Part shown: positions 26,907-39,800 of the stretch, piece after piece
How positions within the stretch are numbered: the stretch's first letter is position 1
How the letters are laid out: each line of letters starts with the position of its first letter
DNA from: Leptogorgia sarmentosa
Lineage: Eukaryota
Direction of reading: 5' to 3'
Assembly: GCA_964658305.1 (NCBI GenBank)
Contig: OZ210885.1
Location: forward strand, 11,160,001 to 11,224,000
Length of the DNA: 64,000 nt
Translations under genes and position numbers: made by a program
Notes under the pieces: model-generated
Told to the model about the DNA's origin: nothing
Seen by the model: the letters and a program-made list of their open reading frames with translations, nothing else
Database searches by the model: none

Positions 26907-27860
26907 ATATCATACAGAGATGTATCTGTTGTACCCACTATTTTTGTGCGCATGCTCGGCAAGTTACTAGATGCGTGCATCTGATTGAATGACGACCTGC
27001 TGACGACTAAATTTAAACTTGCCAAGCATGCGCAGTTGATCATTTTTTGCCGATCGCATTGAAAAAAAAGTGGGTACGTGAAAATGCGAGTTTTTTCATA
27101 TTGATTTACATCAGTTATATCTCTGTATGAAATATACTCTGTGATATCGGCCCCAATCTTCTCACGCAATGTAAACACGGCCAAAACAAATCATTCTTTG
27201 TTTTCCGAACAAGCGAGAATGTCGCGCAGCTGAACTCGCGTGAAATTACCCCCAGACACGCGTGTCTGGGGGTAATTCCACGCAAAATTTTGGCTTCAGT
27301 TTTTGCTCTGTCGTTAATATTAAGGTAGCCTTCCAGTTATATATAGTCAATGGTGCACTCTCTTCAGTCTTTCTTTAGCTCAGTGGACTGCACGCAGGCT
27401 ACAGACAACCCGGCTGGCAGCCGAGCAAACGGTGACATTTTTTGCGGCTTTCAGCCGGCGTGAAATCAAACATGCTGATCGGGTGCTGCGTTTAGTTTGT
27501 TCTTCTTGCCAGCAGCTAGAACTGAAGTATTTTACAACCTCAAAAGGAAATTTATTGCTTATCTTTCGAGCAAGATTCAAAATCGTTTCACAACCCTTCG
27601 TTGTTCCGCTTCACGGACGTAGAAAAGTCGCAATTTAAGGTAAATAATGTCACAATATTGTTACAGTTATATTTTGCCAACTTGACTTCTTGAGACCATT
27701 ATCGTGTGATCATTGGAGTATTTTATTATATACATTCATGCGATTTCATATTTAAATTTCTCTGTCTGTTACCAACTTGATTGTGAACACATTTGTTTCA
27801 TTTGATGAAATCAAAATGCTTGCAAAATATACAGTTATGTGTAGATTTTGTTGAATACCA

Positions 27861-28144
27861 ATCCAGGTGATCTCGATACACGGAAAAGGACTGGGACTAG
27901 CTGTCAAATAGAAATCCATTTTCCGACCGAAACAACTGAATATCTCCCGTAATATACTTTATTTCGATTCCAAATTTTTGTCAGAGCTATAGTTTTCATA
28001 ACCAAACATAATTACAAAATTTCAAGTAGTTTCGTGCAGAATAACGAAAGATATAATCGTGTGAATATAGCAAAATGGATTTCTATTCGGGCAACCCTTT
28101 CTGAGCGCTGATTGGCTGAAACACGAATACGAGATCATCTGGAT
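27861..28144. mobile_element. Short inverted-repeat element (MITE-like)
   Basis: ATCCAGGTGATCTCG ... CGAGATCATCTGGAT, plus inner aatagaaatccattt/aaatggatttctatt pair. Confidence 0.5.
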
Positions 28145-30167
28145 GTAGACATGCATTTTTTTCATGTGTCATTAAATTTTTATGGTTTGTTATATCATAG
28201 ATGATATTGATTGCCACAATTTTTCACATTAAAAAGCTGAGCCCTTTGTTCTTCTGTGTCGTCCAAATGATTTAGTGCAAGATGTGCAAGCTAGCCCACA
28301 ATAATGTCATGCATTCTGTTGTGATGCTCAAATATGGAAATTTACTATCATCATAATAACCACTATTCAATTACAATTTACAATTCAATATAACATATAC
28401 TGAGTGGTAATGTGTTGATTGTGTTTAAGTATCGATGAAAGCCGTATACAGCTAGTATCCTAATACAATATGTCCATAACTGCAATCAGGAACATTTGAG
28501 AAAAATTCATCAACTATAATGCCCTTTTAGACAAGTAACACAACCAAATTTTCTTTGACAAATTTCCTGTCTCAAATGCAATTGCTCAAAAGCTAACCAA
28601 CCAGCTTTTGAACACATGCATTTGTCAAAATAATTTTGTCAAAAATTCCCAATAAACATGGTCAGAAAAACATTGCTGTGTAAAAGGGGCTTTCGTCCCT
28701 GCCCTAACATTGCAGGGTGAATTGATTTTTCAACGATTTTGTTAAAAAACACATGAAATGCCCCTGAAACTTCTCTGGTGCCCCTGTATGTGTATAATTT
28801 TCACTCAATAATAAGACACATTAACTCTCCTGAAAATTTTCACATTTAGTGAAGTTCTATTAAAGCTTATTGATTTACCCCAAACCTATACTGATGTTAT
28901 ATTTCACTGCAAATTTCAAGTGACAATTGCATTTTGTGTCTGTTTACCTGATTTAGATCAAACGTATTTCATTTCTGTTTTGAAATCATAAGGGATTGGA
29001 TTAGATTAGGGTACATGAACCTGTATTAAGCAACTCATTCTGGATTGAGTCCATTTTGAATTTGGTTTTGCTTTCAAACATCCAATCTTAATAGATTCAA
29101 ATGCTAATCCAAAAAAATGCATTGAACATGAGATCCAATTTTATTGCAGAACGAAGTGTGACTGGGAAAACTGCAAAGCAAATCATGCATGTTTTTGTGC
29201 AGCACATTTTCCCATTTCTTAAATCCCATTTTGCATGTAAATAAACTGTCGAACTAAAAGTGAGTTTGTTTCTAGATCAAAACTTGATCCGGACTGATGT
29301 AAACCATCCCTTACTAGGAAAGTGATCCCAATCATCCCATCATGCAATACATGTGTCAAAAGTCCTCAATTATCCATAAACACTCACCATATACATGGGC
29401 GATCCCCCAGCATTTTATAGTTGGAATTTTCATTGTCAGATTTGATAGCTAATGATAAATTTATAAACTGTTTCTATGAAACCTGATTGTCAGGAATTGA
29501 AATATCTTGTAACCCTGAGATTCCAGTCCGGATTCTGACAATGGAGGTCAGTTGTTGAGTAATAACTTCAGGTTCATGAAGATATATCTTGTATTTGCTT
29601 AGGTGGCTGGTTGTATATATACTCCTCACATTGATTAGCTCATTTATTATACATTTCTGTATAATAAATGAGAATATCTTATAGTAGAGATGGGGGCAGA
29701 CAACAGGGTGGGGGGGGGGGGGGGGGTGGACACTGATGTTTTGGTTTGAACCATGTTATACAACAACATTTAGTTGGTCTATAAAATACCAATAAATTGT
29801 CAAAATTAACAGCGGCTTTGCACCTTTTATTTCCATATAGAAATGTGATTGTTTCAGCTGTTGGTATCCTCTAACAAGAATTCATAGTCCGGGAAATTTG
29901 ATTTTGAACCAGAATTAAGGCTGCCAAATTGGTCTGGTACATTTAGTTTCCTTGGATTATAAAATGAAATAAATTAAGGTGGGTAAGTTGATTGTCTAGT
30001 AACAAACTTCAGTATGTGTGCTCAGTATTACCAGCGGGTTACGAAATCGACAAGCAGCAAGTGACCCTTATTGGTCGAGAATCAGTGTTGAGAGTTAAAG
30101 AGAAACGCAATATTTTTCGGAGAGTTGACATATTAACATCCTTGTTTTGAATAGTTTCCCAATTTGG

Positions 30168-31005
30168 TTTTTGTATCTGCGCACGCAGTCACGCAGATAT
30201 ATAATTGCTATCGTGTTGTGTTTGTGTGTTGAAATGTTTGACACTGGGGCAAAGCACGATCTTGCGGGCTGAATATAACAAAATGATGACTGATGCAGGC
30301 GCGATCTAAATAGTGGTGATATGTTTGATCGGGAATTTATTTAGTTAAAAAAGCCAGATAAGAAGAAAATACTATGGCCGGAGCGACGAGTACTTTAGCA
30401 GAAATAGAGGTTTATTTATGAGCATTTACGCCGTCTAGAATACTATTTACTATGGAAATTTATATCGTCGATCATCGATGCAAAAATATCATGACGCAAA
30501 TTATACACTGTATCATTTTGAACACAAGCTTAACCAGCAACGAAGCATAAATATCATGTGCAAATTATACTTTGTGTTACCTTGAACACATATTACTGTC
30601 TTGACAAAACTGCACGTATCATATTTTCCGTACGATACTTTGAGCGTGTCGGCATTGACATGTTTGTACATGCTTGGACTGTCGGCAGTGTCACAGTGAT
30701 CACGCAAAATGTTCATTATTTTGACGCTTCGCTATACAGAACAGTTGGAAGATTCAATCCCATTGCAGGAAAACAGAAAAATACCTTGTATTTTGTGATG
30801 AAACGAGTTGGTGCAATTTATATTACGCATGCACATATACGCAAATGCTACGTAAATGAACAGAATAATGAGATATAATATGGTTTTAATTCATACAAAA
30901 GGTAAACTTGGTCTTTGGAAAGCCGCATTTTTCACCAACAATCGCAATTTCCCTATTCCCTAGCAGTATATCATTTCATAGATTAACTATCGCGTATTAG
31001 GGATT
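30168..31005 (+). mobile_element. Diverged, 3'-truncated HINE related to the trimer family
   Basis: TTTTTGTATCTGCG...CGCAGATAT start; body is a diverged reverse complement of the 13552-14931 unit. Confidence 0.75.
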
Positions 31006-31334
31006 CGCGTTGAACAAATTTTAAATTTGATGATCGTTTGTAAGCTGGGCGCAAGCTGGTGGAAAACTCGAGAAATATGTAAAAGTGCCAATAATGCGCA
31101 GAAACTTAGTAATTAGCAGCATGAACGCATTTATGTATTGTTGAAAATATGTACATCTCATGAATAGCTACAAAACCGGAACCAAATACAGTACGTATGT
31201 GGGGTCGAATGACAGTGTTCGCGGCCCATTTGCTTTCCAATGAATACCGCGGAAGGTAAAAACATTATTTTCGCATGACATATGTTTTGTTACTTAAGTT
31301 AAAATGTTTATATGTGCTTAGGAATTCGGTATAC

Positions 31335-31794
31335 TTTTTGCGTCTACGTTGCTATAGCAACGTAGAGGCTATGTAAGCGTAAAATTTCTGGCTGGCTGTG
31401 TTTCAACAACTAATATGACGTATTTTGACGTCACGAGCTCTCAAGGTAAACACTAACAGTCAAACGTTGTTTTTACTACCGATGATGTATCGAACTGTCA
31501 ACTAAATAACTGGTGACGTATGTGATTTACCGTTGGCGTATTTCACTGACAAGCTGTGCCAGTGTGCGTTGTTCTAACGTTCATTCGAAGGACTCATTTC
31601 AAAGCTTCGGTAAAGCGATTTCTAAAGCATATTCACTCATCCAGCCTGGAGGGGGGGATTTAGGATAACATTTGAAACTTTGTTGCGTCACATTCCCTAT
31701 ATTTTCGGATTGCAATATTTGTATCGTAGCTACAGTGAGTTTCAAAATGTAGCATCAACGTAGACGTATGCACGCATTGTGCGTGCCTATTTTT
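31335..31794 (+). mobile_element. HINE, third family (subterminal repeat CGTCTACG)
   Basis: TTTTTGCGTCTACGTTGCTATAGCAACGTAGA 5' hairpin; 3' CGTAGACG, GCACGCAtTGTGCGTGC hairpin, CTATTTTT. Confidence 0.75.
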
Positions 31795-32663
31795 GTATCT
31801 GCGCTTGCGCAGATATATTGCTATCGCGCTTGTTAAGTTCGTTAAATACTTTTGAGATGACGTAACGACAAGATGGCGGCCGTGGAGGAGCGGAGGCGAT
31901 GTTGCATTGCTTTTGCCGAAAAAATGTAAAGTGTAGTGTTGAAATGCGAACGTTTAGACAAACAATTTTGTCTTTCTGATTAAGTATTATTAAATGTACA
32001 ATTGCAATTATAGCAGCAGCGTGTTATTTCGTCGAATTAGAAGTTGCGATTCTGTAAATTTACTCTCGTAGCATTGCGGTTGCATTGCGAAATATAAATC
32101 CCAGTAAATGTGCCATTACAGTTCGAAAAATCATTCAAAACAGCAGCATGTTATGTTGCAATGTTTGCCCCAATAGAATGTAAAGTGTAGTCTTCAAATA
32201 CGAAAGTTTAGGCAATCAATTTTCACATTCTACATCTCAGTAAGTGCGCAATTGTATTTTAAAACGACATGGACAATTTAAAAACATGGACAAAATATGT
32301 TGCATGTAAATGGTCTTATATAAAGGGTAAACTTGGTCACTAGAAAGCCACATATTTCGCGACAACATCAATAAAATTGAAGGTCTTCAAAATATGCCAT
32401 ATCGTAGCTATGTCGCCCAGTTTCAATTCCAATGCAATTTGATATTCGCAGAATGTATTTATGAAAGCTTATATTAAGTACTCAAAGCACAACCTCGCGC
32501 CTTAGGAAGCACTATTTTCAGGAAAATAGTCGCGTTATTTGTATGCTATTTTATACATGCAAGGTGACACATATGCGGGACAGATTCGACAGGTCGCGCA
32601 ATGACAAGTTTGTATCAGCTGGTAACTTGCGCGCAGATACATGTCACTTGGTGTACCTATTTT
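31790..32663 (+). mobile_element. HINE of the GTATCTGCG family, joined directly to the preceding HINE
   Basis: TTTTTGTATCTGCGCTTGCGCAGATA start; CGCAGATACATGTCACTTGGTGTACCTATTTT end. Confidence 0.75.
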
Positions 32664-33902
32664 ATATATTTCGAATCTCAGCTTTTCGGTGTGACAGTGC
32701 CCCTTTAAAGCACTTGTATATATAAAACATGTGTCCCTCACCTCCCACAATAATTCCTGGCGAAGTGGGCAGTCGTTCGAAATATCAAACCTTTTTGTAT
32801 CAATTATGTAGGTCATGAGCAAAGAGTTTTGCTGGTTGTTATCTACCTGTTACATGTTTAGTCATCACACTCAGACATTAATGAACCCATTAAAGTGTAT
32901 ACAAGATGAATATTTCGATTTTTTTTACATGATCTGAAAATTCCATCTTTGCGGAGCATATTGATACCAATCTTGTTGACAACGTCGAACGAGAAGTTTG
33001 TGAATTTTAGGCTAAAGTTGGGCTATAGGACATTTTACATGATGAAGGACTGGTACCAAAAATTCCGGCCTTGTGACGTGTGCATAGTAAGTAAGACATA
33101 TAATGAATAACAACAAAATTCACTGATCACAAGACATTAGCTTGTATATTTCTTCTTCTAAATGCGAAACGTGTTCAATAATGGAAGGTTTTAATAGAGA
33201 TACAGAACAAGCATCAAATAACACGGACGTTGTTAAACCATGTATTAAAACTATAAGGTAGACAAAACAGACGGGATTGGTGGGCTATATTTCGTGGAAT
33301 AACCTTTGAAGTGAGAAAGCAAAGCTGTAGAGAGACTTTGTAAAGAGATTCTTGATTCTCGAATGTATGACCAAAAATATGCAACGGGAATATCGTTTCA
33401 TGACGCAGCGAGCAGATACGATGAAGGTAAATACAGCTGACTGCAGTCAGTGCAATGCCAAGGGCTTTTATACTTGATAGGACAGGGAAAATGATCTTGA
33501 ATCAAAAAGCAAAACGTACGATCCCAAGAGTTGTATTCTACAAGGTTGTATTCTATTCTTCACATTATTCTTCTATTACCTGTATTCTGAATTTTAATGA
33601 ACTTGGACAATATACTAGCTTGCTTAATCGGTCAGCGTACAGGTGTGACGCGAAATTCCTGACTTGCTAAATACATGATAATCGCAGTGCTGCACATTTG
33701 CAAATAGGGACCTTACGATTACAGTACGGAAACGGCAACGAGAACGTGTAGAGACTGGCGCTAGTGCGCGGCTGACGTCGCGGTTTCCCGCAAAAATTTA
33801 ACCTTACGATTGCGCCAACGGGAACGAGAACGTGCAGACTGGTACTAGTGCGCGGCTGATATCCCGGGGTTTCCCGCGAAAATTATTGTTTTGCGATTGT
33901 AG

Positions 33903-35006
33903 ATGAAAAAACAAAAACAAAACTTCAAAAACTACGATATGCCAAAACTTCGAGAAGCAATTGCGTTTGCCTATGCTTGTAATGTAATAGACGAGTTAGA
34001 ATACGCGTTGTTATATGATGCGAACAAACCAAGGAACCCAGACATTCCATATTTTGTCTACGACGAATTTGACCTAAATTCCATGACGGATGATGAATGC
34101 AAAACGGAGTTTCGATTTTATAGAAACGATATTTTTAATCTAATAGACGTGCTTCGTATACCACCTGAACTTACTTGCAACAATGGTGTTAAAGTGGATT
34201 CAGTTACAGCAACCTGCATATTTTTAAAACGTTTCGCCTATCCATGCAGGTATGCGGATTTAATACCTCGATTCGCTAGACCAGAGCCTCAGTTGTGTAT
34301 GATTGCCAACACAACAATGAATTTTATTTACGACACTTGGCATCACTTGCTCACAAGCTTTGAACAGCCGTGGTTAGATCGTGCGAATTTGCAAGCTTTT
34401 GCAGAGGCTATTCATTTAAAAGGTGCAGCACTAAACAACTGCTGGGGCTTTATAGATGGGACTGTCAGACCCATATCCAGGCCTGGCAAACATCAAAGAG
34501 TAGTGTACAACGGACATAAAAAAGTCCACTCATTAAAATTTCAGTCAATTGTTGCACCAAATGGCTTAATAGCGAATTTATATGGACCCTTGGAAGGCAA
34601 GCGCCATGATAGTGCAATGTTGGCACTATCACAGCTTCTTCCCCAATTACGAATCCACTCTTTTGACACAAATGACAATGTACTTTGTATATATGGCGAT
34701 CCAGCCTACCCAGCGACTCAACAGATTCAAAGTCCCTACCAAGGAGCAATGCTAACTGCCCTTCAGAAGGAGTGGAATAAATCCATGAGTCAAGTCAGAG
34801 TTTCAGTGGAGTGGATATTTGGTGACATTGTCAACTATTTCAAATTCCTTGATTTTAAAAAAAATTTGAAAATACACCTGAGTGCTGTTGGAAAAATGTA
34901 TATAACCTGTGCACTGCTACACAATGCTAGATCCATATTGTACGGATCAACAACTTCCAAATTTTTTGGTGTTGACCCTCCTACACTTGATGAGTATTTT
35001 CAATAA
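33903..35006 (+). CDS. Harbinger-type DDE transposase (DDE_Tnp_4 / HARBI1-like), 367 aa, intact
   Basis: FRF, LKRFAYPCRY, WGFIDGT, YNGHK..HSLKFQ, G.RHD, YGDPAY, RVSVEW.FG motifs; D-D-E present. Confidence 0.93.
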   Translation: MKKQKQNFKNYDMPKLREAIAFAYACNVIDELEYALLYDANKPRNPDIPYFVYDEFDLNSMTDDECKTEFRFYRNDIFNLIDVLRIPPELTCNNGVKVDSVTATCIFLKRFAYPCRYADLIPRFARPEPQLCMIANTTMNFIYDTWHHLLTSFEQPWLDRANLQAFAEAIHLKGAALNNCWGFIDGTVRPISRPGKHQRVVYNGHKKVHSLKFQSIVAPNGLIANLYGPLEGKRHDSAMLALSQLLPQLRIHSFDTNDNVLCIYGDPAYPATQQIQSPYQGAMLTALQKEWNKSMSQVRVSVEWIFGDIVNYFKFLDFKKNLKIHLSAVGKMYITCALLHNARSILYGSTTSKFFGVDPPTLDEYFQ

Positions 35007-35401
35007 ATAAATATATTTTTCTAATTATTAATAACTATTAATAAATGTTAAATATTAACAGCATGAACAGGTGTTCTTGTAACACACAACATTGTTGGTC
35101 AATTGCAGCTGTACCCTGTTCTCGTTAAAAATGCAATAAGCAAGTCTGGTTAAAAACCCAAGAATTAGAAACCAGGTCTTCGAACACTTGAAAATTGTAC
35201 AGTATAAAACCTAATGAAATATATGCAAGGTGACACGGTATTAGGGCCAATGTGTACAGCTGCACCAATTTTAAACATTATTTTGAACAAAATGTACTCT
35301 GTAGTATACAGTAAACATTGTACAGTAACAAAATAAAACGTTATCAGAAATGTCAATAACAAATTAAATGTGGACTCATCAACATTCCACTGCAAAGTAA
35401 C

Positions 35402-36707
35402 CTACTTGGCAAACTTCTGTAGTAAGGTCAAAAGTGCATGGCTTTGTTGCTGCTGTTGTTGCAACATAGCCATATTCATATTGTGCATTTGTTGCAAAGA
35501 CTGTTCCTGTAGTTTAGAGGCACTTTCCTGTTGGCTTACCCTTTCTTCATGCTCTTTCTTCCTTAATTCCAGTTCTTTTTCCCTTACATTTCTTTCCCAT
35601 TCCAATTCTTCCTTTTTGAGATCCATCTCTTGTTTCTTCAACTCCAACTCAGTTTCCTTCTGTTTCCCATCCAATTGAACCTTTTCTTTAATAAATGCTA
35701 TGGCATCAGCCCCACTTGTTCTCTTCTTTTTTGGCTTTTCAGTATGATTTCTTTCTCTGGTTTCTTTGAATGATTCCAAAGACACTTTTCTCATTTCTTG
35801 AATTTGAGTAGCTTCTTCTTCAGCCTTTCTCTTCTTATTTTCTTCTCCTTCTTCAGCCTCTTCAAACAAACCAACAATTTCCTCCATTAATTGATCTAAT
35901 TCTGTATGCTCGGGGGATATGCCAGTGCTCTTTTCTTCTTCACGAACTTTCGTCTTGTATCTTCTTTCAAGCAGAAGGTACCTGTCCCTCAGAGATCTTT
36001 GTGTAACCCGAAATGTCAATTTATCACATTTCCCTAAACGTATGGCCAGGTTAGCCCAGGTGTCACCTCTTTCTGTGCTACCTTTTTTGTGCAACCATGG
36101 CTGAAACAACATCATATCTTTGAGGAAATGAACATCATGTGCTTCTGACCACTTCATTGGAGGGATGCTAAACATAGAGAGTGCAGTACCGATAAGTCAA
36201 TGTAATACAAGAAATTAAATTGAATGAAGTAGACTTTCAGTAGTATTCCTATGTGCATTTACCAACTATAGATGAAATCACATGATGCCATATTGGGTTA
36301 CTTTTTAATGTACTACATACTACAAGTCAAAATTTGCAAACTACAAAGCATCAGTACTAGTGATGTTGTGGTACAACAAAAGCTCAACTCACATTGTGCT
36401 TTTATAAATGGTGATATATTTATTGTACTTTTATATATTATAGTGATTCCAACGAATGAACAATTTCATAAAATCTTAAACCCTGAACAACATAAAAGCC
36501 CCTACATGAAGCATATGCACGAAACAGTAACATTTTGTTATATACAACAAAATTCATTTCGATTTGTTCCACATAGCGAATTAATGCAAAGCACTTAGTT
36601 TGCATCAAAATACTCTAGCTATTTGTTATTTTAGCTTACTCTGTAGTATGACCTCAAACAACAGTACGCATAATTCAACTTTAAATTTACCTGTTGCCTT
36701 TTGACAT
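35402..36707 (-). CDS. Harbinger accessory Myb/SANT(MADF)-like protein with coiled-coil and Q-rich tail; exons 36707-36691 and 36167-35402
   Basis: W...W..LA..L...RSLRDRY..L....K..STG trihelix pattern; ATGTCAAAAGGCAACAG|gtaaat splices in frame to tttag|CATCCCTCCAATG. Confidence 0.8.
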
Positions 36708-36866
36708 GATGAATAAAAATATAAAATGACAATACCATTATCACACGTTTTCACACAACGCCAAACTAGTCGAAACGGCGTCGTGTTAGCCTGCGACGAC
36801 GGGAGCTTCCCGCCACGCGCATGCGTAGTTTTCACTTTTGCCGATTTGGCGTCCCCGTCCGTCCGT

Positions 36867-39800
36867 GGTAGAGTCTATTTCAGATCCACTGAAGCACCTC
36901 ATCCCCAGACCTTTTCGCTTTACGCGCGGTCATTCGATAAATACTTTAGAAAAATAAGATATCAAAGTGGAAGTGGGGAAAAAATTAACAAAGAGTGTGA
37001 ACTATGGATATTTATATTTTGAAATGCAATATGGATTTAAATAAAAGCTACATGTAATCACAATCAAAATTTACCCATGTTACTTCTGTAATTTGAATTC
37101 TGTAGCATAACAATAAGCGAACAAAGTGCCTTAACATTTAAAAGGTAAAATGTGTTCCCGGAGTGCTGAGCGGATAAAGCATTTTTAAACATAAAATTGA
37201 TGAAGAAACTAAAGGGGAAAAGTACCAGAAGTAAGTTTAGACCTACTTGATGTACTCACTATTTTAATGAAACTGCAGGAAACACTATTAATGGCAAATA
37301 AATGTACATATTGTGCATCTATGATAGGGGCTAAGTTTATGAAGTTAGCTTTTGTGTAAATAAGCTGGATGATGCATATAAGATAAGATGCATAGAAAAC
37401 CACAAACTATTAGGTTTCAAGTAAAGGTCCTGTTGAGTCAATCAAATGTCTAATATTTATTATTCAGCAAGATAATTGGTCTTGTACAGCACAGGTATAA
37501 TAAAATTGAATATAAAATTTAATGAATTTGAACCACCACCCTTTTTAGCACAGATCATATGGAGGGCAGTAAAAATTGACTTCTGTTACAGTGCCTATCG
37601 CTTGTTTGATGCATCCCAAATGATACTGTTGAAAACAACGTCCACATTCTATCTTGTCATCATTAACAGGTAACTGGCATTCTGTGCACTTTAGTAATTC
37701 TACATATGGCAATCCCGAACGTCTTTTCATGCAGTTTCCACGAATTTCATCATAAATTGCTGCCCTGATTGCATACTCATTGCAAGAATCAGTAATTGGT
37801 TTCCCTTGAACTATCTGTAATGCATACCAACACACAAGCACACCACAACTTTTGAGATCAGTTTGTAGTGTGTGTGGTGGAGATTCAAGTTGAAAGCCTG
37901 AAAATCCAAATTTTGTGAATAAAACTTGTGGCATAAATGTTGCAAGTAACTTCAGATATCCACTGTTTACTTCCATCTGGAAAGGATCAAGGTAAATTAT
38001 TTTTTGTTGTTGAATGTCAACAACAACAAGTGTCCAGTGATGATCAGTTGGATTCCATGGTGCAAAGATATATTTCTTTGTTGAAATATCTATATTTTTC
38101 CACAGCAATCTACTTGGTGATTGTTTTTGTAAAGCAAGCATTGACGTTGATGATGCATAAGTGATATTTTGATATCTGCCCTGTAAACACCAGAAGAAGG
38201 AATTTATAATTTCATCAAATAGCCATCCCGGACTAAATGATTCACAAATACTAAGAAGTAATATCTCAGTTCCTCTTGGCAAGAATGGCTCCAGAGATTT
38301 CAGTTGTAACAGGGAGACATTATGAGGGCCATTTTTCAACATCGTTTCTCTTAAATTTGACCTCTTTCTAATAACTGGGGTGAAGTGAACTCGTGATGTT
38401 GGATAATTGGAACTGTTGTGTTTATTGGAATCATCGTTGCATTCAAATGGACTATCAATAGTATTTGCTTGTGTATTAGTCATCTCTTCAAGTGGCATGT
38501 TTGTTTTGAAGAATTTTTTCATATTTTGCGCCTTCTGTCCAACCCTGTTATTGTACAAATGCCGTTTTTTTGTTTGTGCCAACTTTAACTTTTTTGAAGC
38601 AACATTTGATTTTGCTGCCTGTTTTTTTTTGCGTTTGTTGCCTGGAAGATCTGTTGATACGCTTCCTGTTGCCGTGGTATCTGAAGTTAAAATAATACCA
38701 GAGGCAGTTTCACACCCTGCCTCCAAATCTTTAAGTACTGTTTTAAGGCTTTGTTCTAAAGTTTTAAGGACCTCTGCATTTGTGCATTCGTGTGTCAAAT
38801 TTTTTATCCTTGCTAGCAAATCACAGCACCTAGTGACATTTGTTCTCTTTGGGTATACTTTCTTTGGGATTTCTGTTGAAACTGAACCAGTTGGTGTAGT
38901 AGTAGGCAATGGAGCATTTAAAACTGGATTTAGAATTTTTTCTGACTGTTTGGGCTGTTGGGAATCAATAGGTTGAAACAAGATATCAACGTCCAAAGAT
39001 ATGTACGGTGATTCTCTGTATTCCAATGGCATGTCTTCCCAACCCAATGAATTTTTTGATGACTGAATAACAGCAAGTATATGCTTACATGGCAAATAGT
39101 TTTGCTGCCAGTCTGCACATTCACAACTGGGTACACTGTTGTCGTGAGGTGACACAAGATACACTTTGTATTCATCACAAGATCTCTCACTCTTCACAGA
39201 AAATGTGCCAGAAGCTTCCTCCAGCACTTTTACCTGCGCTTCAGTAGAAAACACAAGCCTCTTCATACAGTGATCAATCAGGTAATTGGGTCGGTTGTGC
39301 AAATACAGTGGTATTTGATTGTTGTACCTCTTAAAACCTGAAGAACATTCTGTGTTTGCACTAATATACCTGCAAATAAATAAATAGGTGAGCAAATAAA
39401 TAAATCCATTTGTAATGAAGCAAGGGACAAAAGGTGTTTTTACTCTAAAACTTTAAGATTTTTATTATGAATCACTTTTTTTGTTAGGTGCAACCAAAAT
39501 GTTCATATAAGACTGATTGTTGCCTAATTAACCTGTAATTTGAGATTCATGGTAAGTTATCAAGTATAAATAATACTAATATTTACTCACCCTTCATATT
39601 TATCAGGTAGAAACTCTTCAATTAAGATTTTAATCATGCCACCTAGTGAGTGCTTCCTTAATGTCTGGAGGTATTGATGTTTAAAAGCACCATTTTGTCT
39701 CTCCAGCCCATTGTTCGTTTTCACATATACTAGGATCCGTTCTCTTCGATATGCCCAAACCCATTTCTATAAAAAGTGCAAAGTTTAGGTATATTTATAT

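Larger units (their letters stand above)
24777..27143. mobile_element. P-element-like MITE (~247 bp without its nested insert), 7-bp TSD ATATCGG
   Basis: TIR CACAGAGTATATWTCATACAGAGAT; ATATCGG at 24770-24776 and 27144-27150. Confidence 0.75.

Noticed and set aside
27238..27284. 47-bp GC-rich hairpin as an ncRNA
   Set aside because: No recognisable RNA family features; more likely a collapsed MITE remnant.
29706..29729. Poly-G run
   Set aside because: Simple homopolymer with no supporting context.
37545..39395. 616-aa ORF as a standalone host SUMO protease captured by the Harbinger
   Set aside because: It begins at a splice acceptor, joins the MULE transposase exons in phase and lies inside separate TIRs.
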